Shown here: in pieces, positions 12,801 through 25,800 of the stretch | Layout: each line of letters begins with the position of its first letter | Position numbering within the stretch: the first letter of the stretch is position 1 | NCBI GenBank assembly: GCA_965285935.1 | Contig: OZ260664.1 | Span: 48,608,001 to 48,672,000 of the forward strand | Direction of reading: 5' to 3' | Length of the DNA: 64,000 nucleotides | Source: Ophelia neglecta | Taxonomy: Eukaryota | Notes under the pieces: generated by a model | What the model was told of the DNA's origin: nothing | The model's input: only the letters and a program-made list of their open reading frames with translations | The model's database searches: none | Position numbers and translations under genes: made by a program

Positions 12801-14577
12801 CCTGTTGAAGTACCCCTATTCATAAGTAAACTATACAAAAAGGAACCCACAATGCCATTCAAACCTGCAGAAAATACTTGTGATATTTTTGCCTGAATCA
12901 TTTATGGATAAAGCAAAGTGAACATTTAATACGTTTTTCTACTTGTAACTATAAACCGCAAATCTTATATCAAAAAACCCTAATTTCGCCATCTTAACCC
13001 TTTTTCGTGGAGACAAAAAACACGTCAATTTGAAACCTTTCTCCTACGTTGCCCAGGTTCAACATGACGAAATGGTACTGCCTTGCCAAATTGATGATAT
13101 GAACAATTTTTCCGACAATTGTGCGATGGTTAAGGGTTACTTCACCAATATTCTCTATGTTCATGGTAATAAAATTAACTACTTATTATGATTGTGTTTT
13201 TTTCTTTCCTATTTCTGTTTACATTTTCGAGGATTGCGCTACCTTGAAATTATGCGGTAGAGCTATGAAAAATGAGAAGAAAAATGAATTCATAACAATA
13301 TTATACACACGTTCGTATGTTCTTATGCCCAGGTTTTTCAAACATTATACTTAATAACCAACAAAAACACTGTTTTACTGTACATCATATAGTCGGCCTC
13401 ACCTAATGGCATCTCTCATTTACCACTTACACGGTTATATGTTTTCACTTTTTACATTTGATTAAATTGACCGAGATAGAGGTGTTTGTTCCTGACCACC
13501 GAGGTGATATAATAGATATACTAGGAATCCAATTTGGCGTGAATCAACATGTCCTATAACCATTGACAATAAAGATACTAAACCAATAACTCGGGCAGAG
13601 CGAGTAGATATCTTAACGAGTATTGTTGTCCTTAAACAGGTCAGAGATGCTTTCAAAATTATCAAGAAAATACGTACACCTGTCTAGAGTATCTCAGTCA
13701 CGTGACATACACCTGGGAAGAAGGGGTGAAGGATTGCCACTCTCGTAGTGGCGAGCTGCTGTCGCAAGAAGAACGAGGCAGATACTTACACCGAATAGAA
13801 GCGGTCATTGACTCGAATCAGTGCGAGTTTTGGGTTGATGGTGAGTGATATATCGTTATCATATGTCTTATTGAAAAGGTCCTATCCCACTACATTTATT
13901 TACATGAAGGTACTGACAACACCTTTCTTTCAGGCTCAGAGGAGCAGAGAAGAATCAACTCATCTTGTTCCTATGCTCGTTGTCCTGATCTCACCTTGAC
14001 CATAAGTGACAATTGTGACATAAAAAAGCCAGTCGTTTGTCTACGTACTGAATATGACAGTGATTTTTTTCTGGAGTTCAGCAGTCATAGTTAGTATCCA
14101 ACTTTATTTCGAAACTCGGGTATAGTGTGCTTCCATAAGGTGCCGTAGATCCTGTTATTTTATTATTATGGCGAACTATCTTAAGGCGCCATCTTTGGGA
14201 CCGAAAGTAAAATTAGGCATATTACTGTTAGTCAGTAGAGGTGGCAAATTGCCAATCAATGAACCAGCTTAGCACTCATGTTTCCCTAAAATAGAACAAA
14301 TTGAATCTGATCATAATTTGCACAGTTATTGAACCTTCATTAATGAGGCAAAGCATGCGTGCTTCGAATATAAACACCAAGAAAAGTCATGATTTAAAAA
14401 TATAAAAAAAGTTTATTAATGCTGTGTTTTATCTTTGCAGAGGGACCAGTAATTACCTTGCTGGTCATTTTATCAACCTTCACTATAGTACTGACGATCT
14501 TTGTCGCTCGAAAATGGGTTCAAAAAGTTAACAACCGACAGCGGGTTGCCCCGTTGTATATTCCTGTGCCAAACTGA
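9838..14577 (+). CDS. Four-exon gene for a 169-aa single-pass membrane C-type-lectin-like protein: join(9838..9898,13640..13840,13934..14044,14441..14577)
   Basis: All three introns are GT-AG and phase 1; the 510 bp frame is open. Protein: MISQYLILLLSTLTITVAGGGQRCFQNYQENTYTCLEYLSHVTYTWEEGVKDCHSRSGELLSQEERGRYLHRIEAVIDSNQCEFWVDGSEEQRRINSSCSYARCPDLTLTISDNCDIKKPVVCLQGPVITLLVILSTFTIVLTIFVARKWVQKVNNRQRVAPLYIPVPN*. CTLD hallmarks: C-x10-C, TWEE.V..C....G.L, FWVDG (WIGL-like), C...D.C..KKP.VC. Confidence 0.85.
13640..13840 (+). CDS. CTLD gene exon 2 (N-half of lectin domain)
   Basis: Acceptor CCTTAAACAG|, donor G|GTGAGT, 201 bp, phase 1-1; QRCF..TCL..TYTWEEGVKDCHSRSGELL..CEFWVD. Confidence 0.87.
13934..14044 (+). 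CDS. CTLD gene exon 3 (C-half of lectin domain)
   Basis: Acceptor CTTTCTTTCAG|, donor C|GTACTG, 111 bp, phase 1-1; ..SSCSYARCPD..SDNCDIKKPVVCL. Confidence 0.85.
14441..14577 (+). CDS. CTLD gene exon 4 (TM helix and short cytoplasmic tail)
   Basis: Acceptor TTTTATCTTTGCAG|; VITLLVILSTFTIVLTIFVA followed by RK stop-transfer residues; TGA at 14575-14577. Confidence 0.85.
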
Positions 14578-15165
14578 GACACACAAGTATCAATGTAACT
14601 CCCAATCTTGTTGTTAGACTTTTAAAACTAAGCTGAATGCACCGCAATCAAATTAACGACACTTTGGTGGCATTTGTTTGATTTTTTTGGGATTGTTTGT
14701 TGTTCTATTGCCAGAACATTTCATAGACTGTAGTGTTAATTATTTACAACATTGCTGATGAGATTAATATCCAATAGATGTTAAGTAGTTAACCATTGTT
14801 TATTACGGTTTATTGTTGTGAAGTCATCTAAGGTCTTCAGTTCGAACAAGCATGCAGATGTATCTTCTTATACAAAATATGAAAGAAATGTTTGGTTTTA
14901 TTATCTGTTCAGCCCTAATATTGCCTTAAACCTGTGCGTCAAACCGGAAGTTACACATCTGTTACATCAACAGAGCAGTTTAAACAAACATCTGCAGTAA
15001 CAAGAACAACCGACTGCATTAACAATATTAGAATGAAACCATACGTTAAATAGCGGGAATATACACCCTGAAGACAAAGCACACTCGTTAATCAAGAATA
15101 TTCTATTAAATCGACGCGAAATCATTAGTAACTCCTAGCTGCGGGTCACAATTAAATGCCTTCAT

Positions 15166-15175
15166 AATAAATAAA
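15166..15175 (+). terminator. Candidate poly(A) signal(s) of the CTLD gene
   Basis: Overlapping AATAAATAAA about 590 bp after the stop codon. Confidence 0.35.
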
Positions 15176-15951
15176 AAATACCTTTCTTCGCATAATCGTT
15201 ATATATCCGACTTTCGGCGATTTATGTTGAACCGGCCGAAAGCCAGACGATGCTCGTATGCTCATCGTACAACTGCGAAATAAAGAACGATCTATATACA
15301 TACAGGCATGATTGACCGTGATGATTCAATTAAGTTGAATTTCAAAGTCAACAAATAATCAGGTTCATGGATAGTCCTTGACAAATGGTCAAGTTAAAGT
15401 TATGTGAAGCAGTTAGTTTTGTGTTCGTAAAGTATCAAAATCAATGTTTGTAGGTCATGGACCGATATACATCTAACGATTCCTGTTAAGGCTTGGACGC
15501 AATCTGATAACGCCTTTAACTTCATGCTTAGAAATTACTCAAGTAATATGTATTTAGTTGAGTTGACCTTGAAGATGAAGACTTAATACTAATTGAATTT
15601 CATTAAAAGATGCACTCCTAACGACCTCGTGTGATTTCATAGGCATTCCAAATTCATTTTTAGTACGATTAAGACACCAGGAGATGTCATAGTTAAATGA
15701 TATTATTTTGGTGTGATCTACAAACATTTGTATAAGACATAATTGAAAATTTCATTGGTTCAGTTACACAATTTAGGCGCAACAGTCTAGATTTGTAACA
15801 TGTGTAGCATGTTCTTTATTCTTATATCAAAACATTCTCTTAACATGTAATTGCATCTTGTAGTATAATTCCAAAAATCAAAGTTATGGCAGCATTTATT
15901 TATACAGAACAATGAGGTGCTCTGGTATTTGCTCTATACAATTGCCCTATT

Positions 15952-15988
15952 CCCCCTCCCCCTCCCCCTCCCCCCCCCCCCCTCCCCC
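15952..15988. repeat. (CCCCCT)n / poly-C tract
   Basis: Directly visible; similar C/G tracts at about 2988-3010, 3364-3382, 18324-18339, 35041-35052 and 36424-36436. Confidence 0.85.
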
Positions 15989-16399
15989 GTAACCATAATT
16001 ACAGTAACCTAATCACTCGTAAAGTTTGAACTATGCTGAAAACATGTCTTCCTCATCGTTCTTTTTAGTTTTATATTCTCACTCTTGTAAACAGGAAACA
16101 ATGCATATCCATTATTTACAATTTCCTATTAGGTTTACCAAGGACTATATATGGGAGTCCTTCCTTATTGGTTGTCATAACGAAAAAGAAAGGGAAAAAC
16201 TTCGGTCAGTTTTGTGAATGTGTATATGCGCAAGAAACAGCTCCTACCACATAATTTTCGTTTTTAAATATCACCTATCTAATCTACCGTTATCATAAAA
16301 CAGTTCATTGTGAGAACTGATGGGTTTCATAAAACTCCTCTAACACCCTTCATATGGCATCTTCGCGAATGCCACGACCCAGAGCCCGGTTATGGGGCA

Positions 16400-17250
16400 T
16401 AGCTGTCTTGCATATGCTTGTCACGTTACTTCAATAGTGGGCGACATATACCCAAATGGTGTCGGTCATAATTCTCCGCCTGCGAGACGTACTGCAAAAA
16501 TCAAACAAAACGGCTTGGATGTGTACAGGAGACCGGGTCCATTGGGATACGAAAACCAATGGAACATTCTCTTTTTATCAAGGGCTTTCGGACAGTGTGA
16601 TACTCCATCTTTTTACACCTCAGTTTTATGAAGAAGAATTACATGGCATGGAAAACACTGGTATCGAATTTGTCTTTTGGCTTTTTAAATAGTTTGATGC
16701 TTTCCTTATGGAGTATTTTCGTTCGGTACAAAATACTTATATCTGTTCCAAGAAGGTTACAAGAAATCAAGGATATGTATATTCCCTCTCAATTAATGAA
16801 AAATGACATTTTTCCTTAGCATAGTTTTAACATCATAAAGAGAATAGCACGGTAGACACATTGGGACACGCTGTATGGGTCTAATTTGGACAATACTCGA
16901 GTTTGCTACAAATAACATTTATAATGTTAGGAGTCTCCTTGGGTGAATTGCCAAAATTTACAATGATCCGAAGTTAAAAGCATTATTCCCTAAACTTGGG
17001 CAAAGAAAAAGGTACTAATGCAAAATGTAACATGAATTCTAAAGTCAGAGCACTCTAAAGAATGGAGACTATTGTGGTTTGGTTTTCACTGGTTTTGCTG
17101 GTCATGTTGATCTTGAATCATGAGGTTTATCCTTAAAAATCAATGTTCTGTGGACCGAAATATGAATTTATAGCCCCAATGGTCCCCGTCTCCCTTATGT
17201 TGTCCAACGCATATTCTAAAGCGTGGGATTGCACTTAATGTGAATATATA
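16400..17250 (+). mobile_element. Decayed Academ-like (XPG/H3TH + Cys-rich) DNA transposon coding fossil
   Basis: Collinear remnants across frameshifts: VSVIIL...AWMCTG; ILFLSRAFGQCDTPSF (~LFxHAxxGCDTxSxF); KKNYMAWKTL (~GKxxAWK); LYGSNLDNTR; ELP; late Cys remnants near 17150-17240. Confidence 0.45.
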
Positions 17251-19854
17251 TTTATACACATGTGCTCAGGCTTCTTTAGCTATAAAGTTGGACGTAATAC
17301 ACAGAACAAGCTCTCCCTGCTATACTAAAACAAAGATAAAAGTATATGATTTTGGCCATTTTATCAGAAAAGAAGACAATGGCAGATCCCTGACATGATA
17401 GCATCTACACCTCCGCCGATTTGTATGAATACGATATAATTAAATCTGGCAATTAAAAATGAACGTTCTCCTCTCCCCTTATATTTGTTTATTCCAAAAC
17501 GGGCTCTCCTTTTTGGTTGCAAATTAATACTTCATGCAAATAACTGGTATATTTTGAAATGCAAGTTGAGTAATTAAACAAGAAACACTACAAAACAGTG
17601 TTTGTCATCAACATCTCATATCCTGAAAACGGCAATTTACATTCATAGTTCAATCACAAATGCCAAGGTGTTCTTATCCTCGCATTTATTAAGCCAATCA
17701 TTTTGCGTACTCCAAACAGTTAGATTGAGTATAGATGTCCAAATTTAAAAATAACCCTTGGTGTCGCGGAAAATAAGCCCCTCAGAGCGCTAGTTGTCAA
17801 TGCGGACTTAGAAGGAGTAATGTGTAGTACATTTTTAGTCTCTTTCGGTATAAAAGAGTCCGCCTACGGACGGACGGGTTGTATCTTTTGTCAAAGTGGT
17901 TGTCAACCTGCACAATTATCGGCATAGGGAGCCGAAGCACCAACCTCCTATATTAACAAAGCCGCCATATAGCTTAATTCATTGGGGGTCGACATTGACA
18001 GTTTAAACAGCCACTTTGTTCATCAAAAGTGCGCCCCTACTTTATGAGCTAATAAGATTATAAAGTACCATCTTGATACACTTGATATTTTTGACAAGCA
18101 TGAAAATTCATGAAAACTTATACCATGGCAGAGGAGAGGGCATGCAGGGAATGTATTAATGTGTTTATAGAGAGTGTATGCGGGCGCAAACTAGCAACGT
18201 CTGCTAAGTCACTGCCTATAGTATTTGCGAAATGAAATACTAAGATGAAACAAAATGTATTTAAAAGCTTCTTTCACATTCGGACGTAGCCGCTCCCAGG
18301 TACGAATACAGAACTATGGGGATGGGGGGGGGGGGGGGGAGGTGGTGTCAGAACTGTTTTGAATATCTGTAGGTTAAGAAGAAATAATGACTCTCACAAG
18401 TAGATATCGAATCACATAAATAACGAGCCTAGATACTTGGCTTTAAATCGCCTCATATCATTGCTTACTAAATCTTCTGCCATCAATTGATCAGTTTTGT
18501 GCCCGTTATAAATCTAATTTCTTCTTATTAAAGATTTCTGTAGCTCCTTTCCAATAGATGCCACACTATGGTTTCACGAATTACCTAATCTCATTATGTG
18601 CGTGACGGCTGCCTGCAATTAATGCCCTTGCTGCTCACATGCAACATACAACATTACAATTAAGCTCAGCTGAATTCTCGACTTTTAAACATGAAAATGT
18701 GTCTAGTTATAGTCATTAAAGATCTGCCATTGCCAATCAAGCTGACATTTTGAGTTCAATTTATAATTCATAATTACTTACTGTGTCTTATTTGATTGAC
18801 AGAAACATTACCCCATTAATTCTCAAAACATATTGCGTGGAAGGCTGCCTGCATATCTATTAAATCTAGGGCGCCAAGTACGGGAGGATACGGGTAGGGT
18901 TTATTGTACATTAGTACATTATAGGCCTACGAGCCAAACGTTACCTCAACGTCATGGAAATAAAAACACATGTATCAAGTAAAAAGAACCTCAAAGTTAT
19001 GATCATTAAATTGCACTATCATCTTTTTCTGTTAGTTTTTTGTTCTTCTTACATGTATTTGACTTTTATATGATAACATTACTCGGGAAAATGCTCCTCT
19101 TGTCTAAAAACAGTTAAATTTTCATAAAACTACTAGAAAGCTGTTTCATAATGTTTGTCTTACAATAAATGATATTAGAGAATGTTTTGCTAAAGTGATC
19201 TAATCAATTTCCCTACTTAAATAAAATAACGAAATTGACTTTGATTTGTAATACTGTGAACTATTTAATAAATTGATTAATAAATATTTTCTTTTTTCGC
19301 TTTTGACTGGACATTTCCGAGAAGTGTTCTTTTACCTGATGTTACTGGTGTATCGTTCGCCCCCATATTCCCGAGACAATATCGTTCATTTACTTTTCCT
19401 TCTGAGCCTTGTGCTCAGGTATTAATTATCACTTTTTCTTATGCATCGCTTCAAAAACAGATATTTTGAGCACGTGCCAGACGACAATTCTCACTTCATC
19501 TGCCCCTCTTAAAGTTATCCATCGCAAAGGCTTCGATATGCGGTTTATAGAAAACGTGCCTAGCTTAGCAACTTACCCGGTGCGTAGCTTTAGATGTAAT
19601 TTGTCGCAAAAGTTCTTACTCTACAATACGATAATAACTAGTTAATTGAATATATTTAAGTTACTGGTAATTGGCCAATTTATCATCGCCCTTGTGCAGC
19701 AGACGTCCGAACTAGTAGACATGCTGGAAAACACTGCAGTGCTTCGCCGTTGAACAACAGCTAGGATGTAATCACGGTGAAGCAGCTTTTAAATTGAAGG
19801 TAAAAAAAAAATTGCCGGACTTGATCAATTTGTGTTCCAAGCAAACCTTCGTAT

Positions 19855-19868
19855 GTTGCTATGGTAAC
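19855..19868. promoter_or_regulatory. RFX X-box
   Basis: GTTGCTATGGTAAC fits the palindromic RFX consensus GTTNCYATRGNAAC. Confidence 0.45.
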
Positions 19869-22800
19869 GAGCCATAAACTAAAATCAGCTTTACCTTAGA
19901 CTGCTTTTTCTTCTTCTTGTTGCCTGGCGGGGTCAACTGAATTACTAATGTCAAATCTGCATATTAAAATAGAGGGGAATAAGCCTTCATTAGTTAGAAG
20001 ACAACGGATTACAATTTTAATGGCCTCATATTTCAATCCAATTTCTTTCTACACACACCATTAAAAAAGGATAAGTCAGTTTGGTGGCAATGGAAACCAT
20101 TGAAATATTGTTTATTGGTACATTTTTTTTCTTCATACAAACAAATATGCATACTGTAGGTGGGCATACCATGATTCAATCGTCATTGTGTTATTTTCCT
20201 ACTTTTTGGAGGACAATCATTTGACATTCAAAATGATGAGGGCAAATTCTGATTGAAAAGCCACTATACAGATGTATAACTGCACTTATGAACCGTTCCA
20301 TACTGCCATACATGTGTATTTAGAGATAACTGGGACGACTACTTCAAGCTACAGGACTATAACTAAATTAATAAGATAAATGAACTCGACCACCAATTAA
20401 AGAATACCAAACCGCAGTCATTTTAAGTATTAACAATTAATATCATCATGGTATCAGCGAAAAGATGGCAACCTTTGCCACTGTGAGGCAGGTGTCATAT
20501 GCTTCCTCTTACAAATATTCATTGGATGTTTTGTTTGAAAATATGTGATATTGTTTTAATGATATCAAGATTTGGATTGGCATTTTTGGGGATTAAGATA
20601 ACTAGTACTGAAAGTGATTATATGCAGGCTCACATTAGAAATTCTGATCTGTGCATGATGTAAAACTTTAGTGCGGCGACATAAATTAAGACAAAATTGA
20701 CGGCCGACCATGAGTGCCAATAGCCCTCTCCGGAAGTAACGGAAAGAAAACTTAACACGCTACGAAAGACCCGCTGTCAGCCGACAAGACAAAGAGCATG
20801 CATCAACCTGGAGGGAGAAACAGAAACATGTGAGCAAAATACCCTATATCCAGCAATCGATTGGACGAAACAGAGAACGGTCCGTGTGAACTCTGTGAGT
20901 TACAAGTTGAAAGTACCGTCACCACATATCTCTTTTATCTTCTATCTCCATCTGATGCAGGCCTGATCATTGATTTTTATGCACGTCATCCAAAATATTT
21001 AAATTTAATAAGGGTAAAATCTTTTTGTATCAACCTTGTTGGTGAAACACAAGGATATCATTACCCTGGGGGCCATACCTCCAAATATATATTTTCTAAA
21101 TGAGCCCATTCAGGGAATTTAATGGTACTGGATAGGCAAAGACTCTCGCAGACGTGTTTTTTGTATCTGGCAGAGAAAAACAGTTAAAGCTGATCAAGAC
21201 TTTTTAGCTATACTATTGGATAAAAAACATTTTGCCGTGTTAATGCAACCATTTATAATCAAAATGATTGCATTAATTAATGGGATTCTTTGACTACTTC
21301 CGGTAGTGTTTAAAGGCCGGTTCAGACTTAGCGTATTGCGCTGCGTTTTTGTTTTAAACTTTCCTCATTGTCGAAGGTTTGATCACCGATGTTGCCCATA
21401 GAAGAATGATTGCCTAATGTTGATAAAGAAAAATGGCCGAAATTTCGGCCCCATTACTATTGGAGACGCTCGTATGCTGCGTTTTCTTACGAATTCGCTG
21501 AAGAAACTCAGTCTAAACTTTGTCTTTGTATATCATTTCCTTTTACTTAAGCGATCTGGCGATGTCATGTATCGGTTAAAGATCCATCACTGGAATAACG
21601 ATCATTCCTTGTCAGGCATTAGTAGGCGATCTTTGCTCAAAATAGAAGCCGATCCGTACATATTTTTAAGACTATACTTGTTGGGATAGGTTTTGTTTTG
21701 AAGACACTGCATAGTAAAATAGCAGATTGACACATGTGTAGCGCAAGATAAAAGAAGTCCCTTATTCTAGAATGTTTGCTCCTGGGAGCCGGCTCGGTAC
21801 TGGACAGGAAACGCTGCTAAAAAAACAACTCGGCCCCGTTACTGTTTGGAATCGTCCCATAAGTCAAGTATGAGCAATTTCCTAACATGCAATGGTGTGT
21901 CTTAGACTACGAAAATATAATGCCAGCTTGGCTCCCATGAATGCAGAAAGCTCAGTCTTTAGTTTGCTCCACAGGATGGAGGCCTTGCAGCCATGCATGA
22001 TGTTAAACCTATGTCGATGGATTGCAGGTGCCTATCGGTCGCGCACTGTCGTTATATACTCTGTATAATATCCTAAATTCGTGTAACTAGGAACTTTCAG
22101 CGGCGAAGCAATTATGGACGCTTACTAAATAAAACAAGCGCCTGCAGTCACAGTCGGGAACCGTGCCCCAGAGGAGTGTGTCGTCCTTAGCACAGCCAAG
22201 GAGATTTGCCAGAGGGACACGGAGACTGTTGGAAGCAAGTCCAACATTCGCTAAGTGGCGGACGATATTTTTGATCACTTTCGTTTAATAGCTTACTTGT
22301 TTATCAATGTGATGCAAATGACATTATCATACAAATGCCATTAGATTATTATGGCCATTTCTGGTGAATATTTAAGTTTATTTCGGCTTTCTTTTTCTTA
22401 TCTTTGAAGGAACAAGAAGTAGATAAGTGCAGGTGCGGAAAGTGGTAAACGCTACCAGTGACTATTGTTGACATTCACGTGGAGAGAAAAATTCTTCTAA
22501 TGCCATTCAAAAACAAACATATATAATAAAATAGAAAGCATTCCATGTTTATACGTAATCATATCAGGTTAAGGAACGTTACGAGTCCGACATTATTAAT
22601 ACAGAAAAACATCTTGTCCTACATTTTTCATGTTGGGCTGATCGTCGGAGTTCTGCATGCGCCGTAAATATCAAAGCCAGATAAGCCATATTGACTTCGC
22701 AAAGTGCGTTGTTTTTAAACATACACAGACCAGGATAATGAGTAATACACATTTATATATGTATTCCATATAAACGATTATAATAATTGCATATTGAGAT

Positions 22801-25800
22801 CTCACTGCATAATATATCTATATATACATTAAATCTAAATGAGTGCATAAGCATATAAGAGACATTTTAATTTATATGCACGATATACCATGTAGAAGAG
22901 GGAGCACCATTCTGCTAGAGGTACTGTGATCCATGGAAACCTCGTGAAATTTTGCTTCAGAAAAAGGAAAGGATCTACTTCATTTTTGCTAGTCCTAAGA
23001 TGATTTCGTTCTTCTTGTGCATAATTATTTGCAAGCCATGAAGTAAATGTCGTGCAGCCTATGAGCTCCTTTTTATGATGTGCTTCACCTGCCTTTTACT
23101 GTTATCGTTTATCACTTTCAAATGGCCAGGGTGAACCTTTGTGCATATGTTTTTATTTTCTCTCTCGAAGCCTGACTTGGGGATGGGAAAGCCAGATATC
23201 GGGGCTTTCGTATCCCTTGTTTTTGTCCGGCATCGGCCTATGTCCATCGATTTCAAAATATCCTACACGTTCTACATAGTGGTACTTACAGCATACATCT
23301 TCTCCTTCATATTCCGTCATAATAACTTCGTCGGTCATGTCTAGGTTTGATATTTCCATCAAGAGCAATGAAATCCATCTGAACGCGAACATTTAAGATT
23401 CCTATTAACGGCAATGAATTAATATCAGTATGAAATAAACAAAGGTGGACACTTTAAAACAGAGATACATATAAAGGGCCTTGTTGCAAATATCCGTGAC
23501 ATTGCTCAGAACGTCAGAGTCCTTACAGGGGCTAGTGCGTAAGGAAATGTCATTATTTGTTTTCGTCCTGGCCTGCTATAGACGCACCCGGACAAGTGTC
23601 GTGTGATTAGACACTGAATATACATTGGCATCCCTAGCGGGTATTACAATGTACAAAACAAAGGGTAACAACCGACTCAATAAAATGTGTCACGTTTTAC
23701 ACTTTGTTGTACAAATGAATACATATAAATATGCATAATGCGTGGGTTGTTGAGTGTTGTTTTGTTTCTTCGAGGCTGTATCTGACTGACTTTTAGGGCA
23801 TATAGTGCAAAATACCTTTTTTAATTTCATCCTTAAAGGGCGGATGTAATGCTTTCCTTGCTTCATCTTTGCAGCTATAGTTATTTGCCACTTCTGATTT
23901 GCCTTAGCAGTTTCTAAATTTCAGCTACAAATCGGTTGCTGCCGTGAGAGCCGTTAATATGGTCTGTATTGTACTGTGTAATTAATGAAGGGCAGGGAGA
24001 GGTAATGTTGAGGGATCATGCATCATTTATATAATGAGCCGGTAAACTCAAGATTGTGGCCAAATTGACTGAAGTGATTGTCCTTGTGATTTAATATTTT
24101 TGGCCTAAATTAAGAATAATTCCATGTTAAATTAATAAGCTTTTTTGTTGTAATACGGAATAAGAGGAGCATAGTGCTTCCATTTTTTTGGAATCAAATG
24201 ACAATGGGAGAAAGATGAAACTATAGTTTTCAATATTTTAATGCTACACGAAGGTTGCCTTAATTACCAGTTATAACTAATGATTTAAAATTTCTAATGG
24301 GCATGTTCTTCTCCTAGGTTCTTTTAACCTATAGGACTATGAGATTGCCCATGTTGTTAAATTAACATAATATATAAGGATTAATTGTAATAGAATATAC
24401 AAATGCTTTACCAATAAGAGTACCGCAACGTGAAATCTGCGGATCCGACTTCCGGTTATCCTAGCGAGAGCACATCGCAACGTACTATCAACACTGGTGA
24501 GAGCAGAGAGGTCATTATTTGTCATTATCTTGTTATTACAGTATTAACGTGCTAGTTGTCAGATGGGAAATATTAGGAAAATTAATAATTGGACAATCAA
24601 ATGTTATTGAAATACAGCCCCTCCCCCTCTATCCATCCTTCAAAATACATAAGAGAAAACACACACGACAGAAACGCAAGAATACGTTCTCACTAAAACA
24701 CTTCCCTCCCCCTCGCCAATCACTAGGCCTATAGGCCTACTGACTTCTTTTTATTTTTATTTTATTTACAGGCTTCAAAATGAACTCCATGGACTAATGT
24801 GACTATTGCCCAAGTGAATGGTCCTTCAAGGGATCAGTTCTTATACGTCAAATACGATTGAAATCTAATGAAGCCAATATTCCCCAACACAAAAGGCGGG
24901 GGATAATTTTACCCGACGAAAAAGAATACTGAAAAGTATTTTCATATAGTTCATTATGAAAAAGAAGTAAATCACCTGTCAGTAGAATCCTCATAAATAA
25001 TTGGGATTATAGAGAAACAGTAATTTTAGGTATAATTTGTTCCATTGTATAGGCCTATCACAGATAGACCAGTTGGCAGATATCATATAGCATAATATGT
25101 AAATCGATACAAAAAACAAAATATCTTAGACAATCCGCTTTGTGTATTAGTAAAGGATTTTGAATTGCTCATTTTAGTAGCCGCAGTAAAGTATTATATC
25201 CTTCATATGTCAGCCTTAGATGATAAACCATTGCGCAAGTAAATATGATTTCTTTGGAAAATAAACCATGTGGAAAAAATCAAACTTATAGAAAATACAA
25301 ACATGATTTTCACTCAACGTGGCGGTTGAAAGGTAACACCCAGCATTGCCGAGATATGCTGTATTTCTTCGACCCACTTGCGGTCTGTTTTCCTTTTTTT
25401 TTAAACAAACACCTAAATTTATACTTGTTTGAAGTCTATACAGAGTCCCTGGTCCGTTTCTTGGCAATATTAGCCTGGAGAGATAAAGGAGGTGGAAACA
25501 ATCATAATAAACCCATGTGTAAACCATTCGGATTCATTTCCCAAAATTAGTGTGCAAAGTCAGGATATCTATGCCGAGTTTGGAAGTTACATTTCGCACA
25601 TTGGAATACTTAAGTCGTCTTCATACTTGCTGCCCCGTGTGCTGCTGCTATGAGAATGTGGTCTTTCAGGATGCATTGACCGAAGTTATACTGTTGGCGA
25701 GTAAATGTACCCCTTTGCCTCTGCCAGTTGTTCAGAGCCAGCGCTCATACTCTAAGACATTTTGGGTCATCAGCAGTCGTCTGGGTCATTGCGTCATCCT

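Noticed and set aside
14548-14568. ITIM in the lectin tail (APLYIPV)
   Set aside because: The -2 residue is Pro, not I/V/L/S; only YxxPhi is supported.
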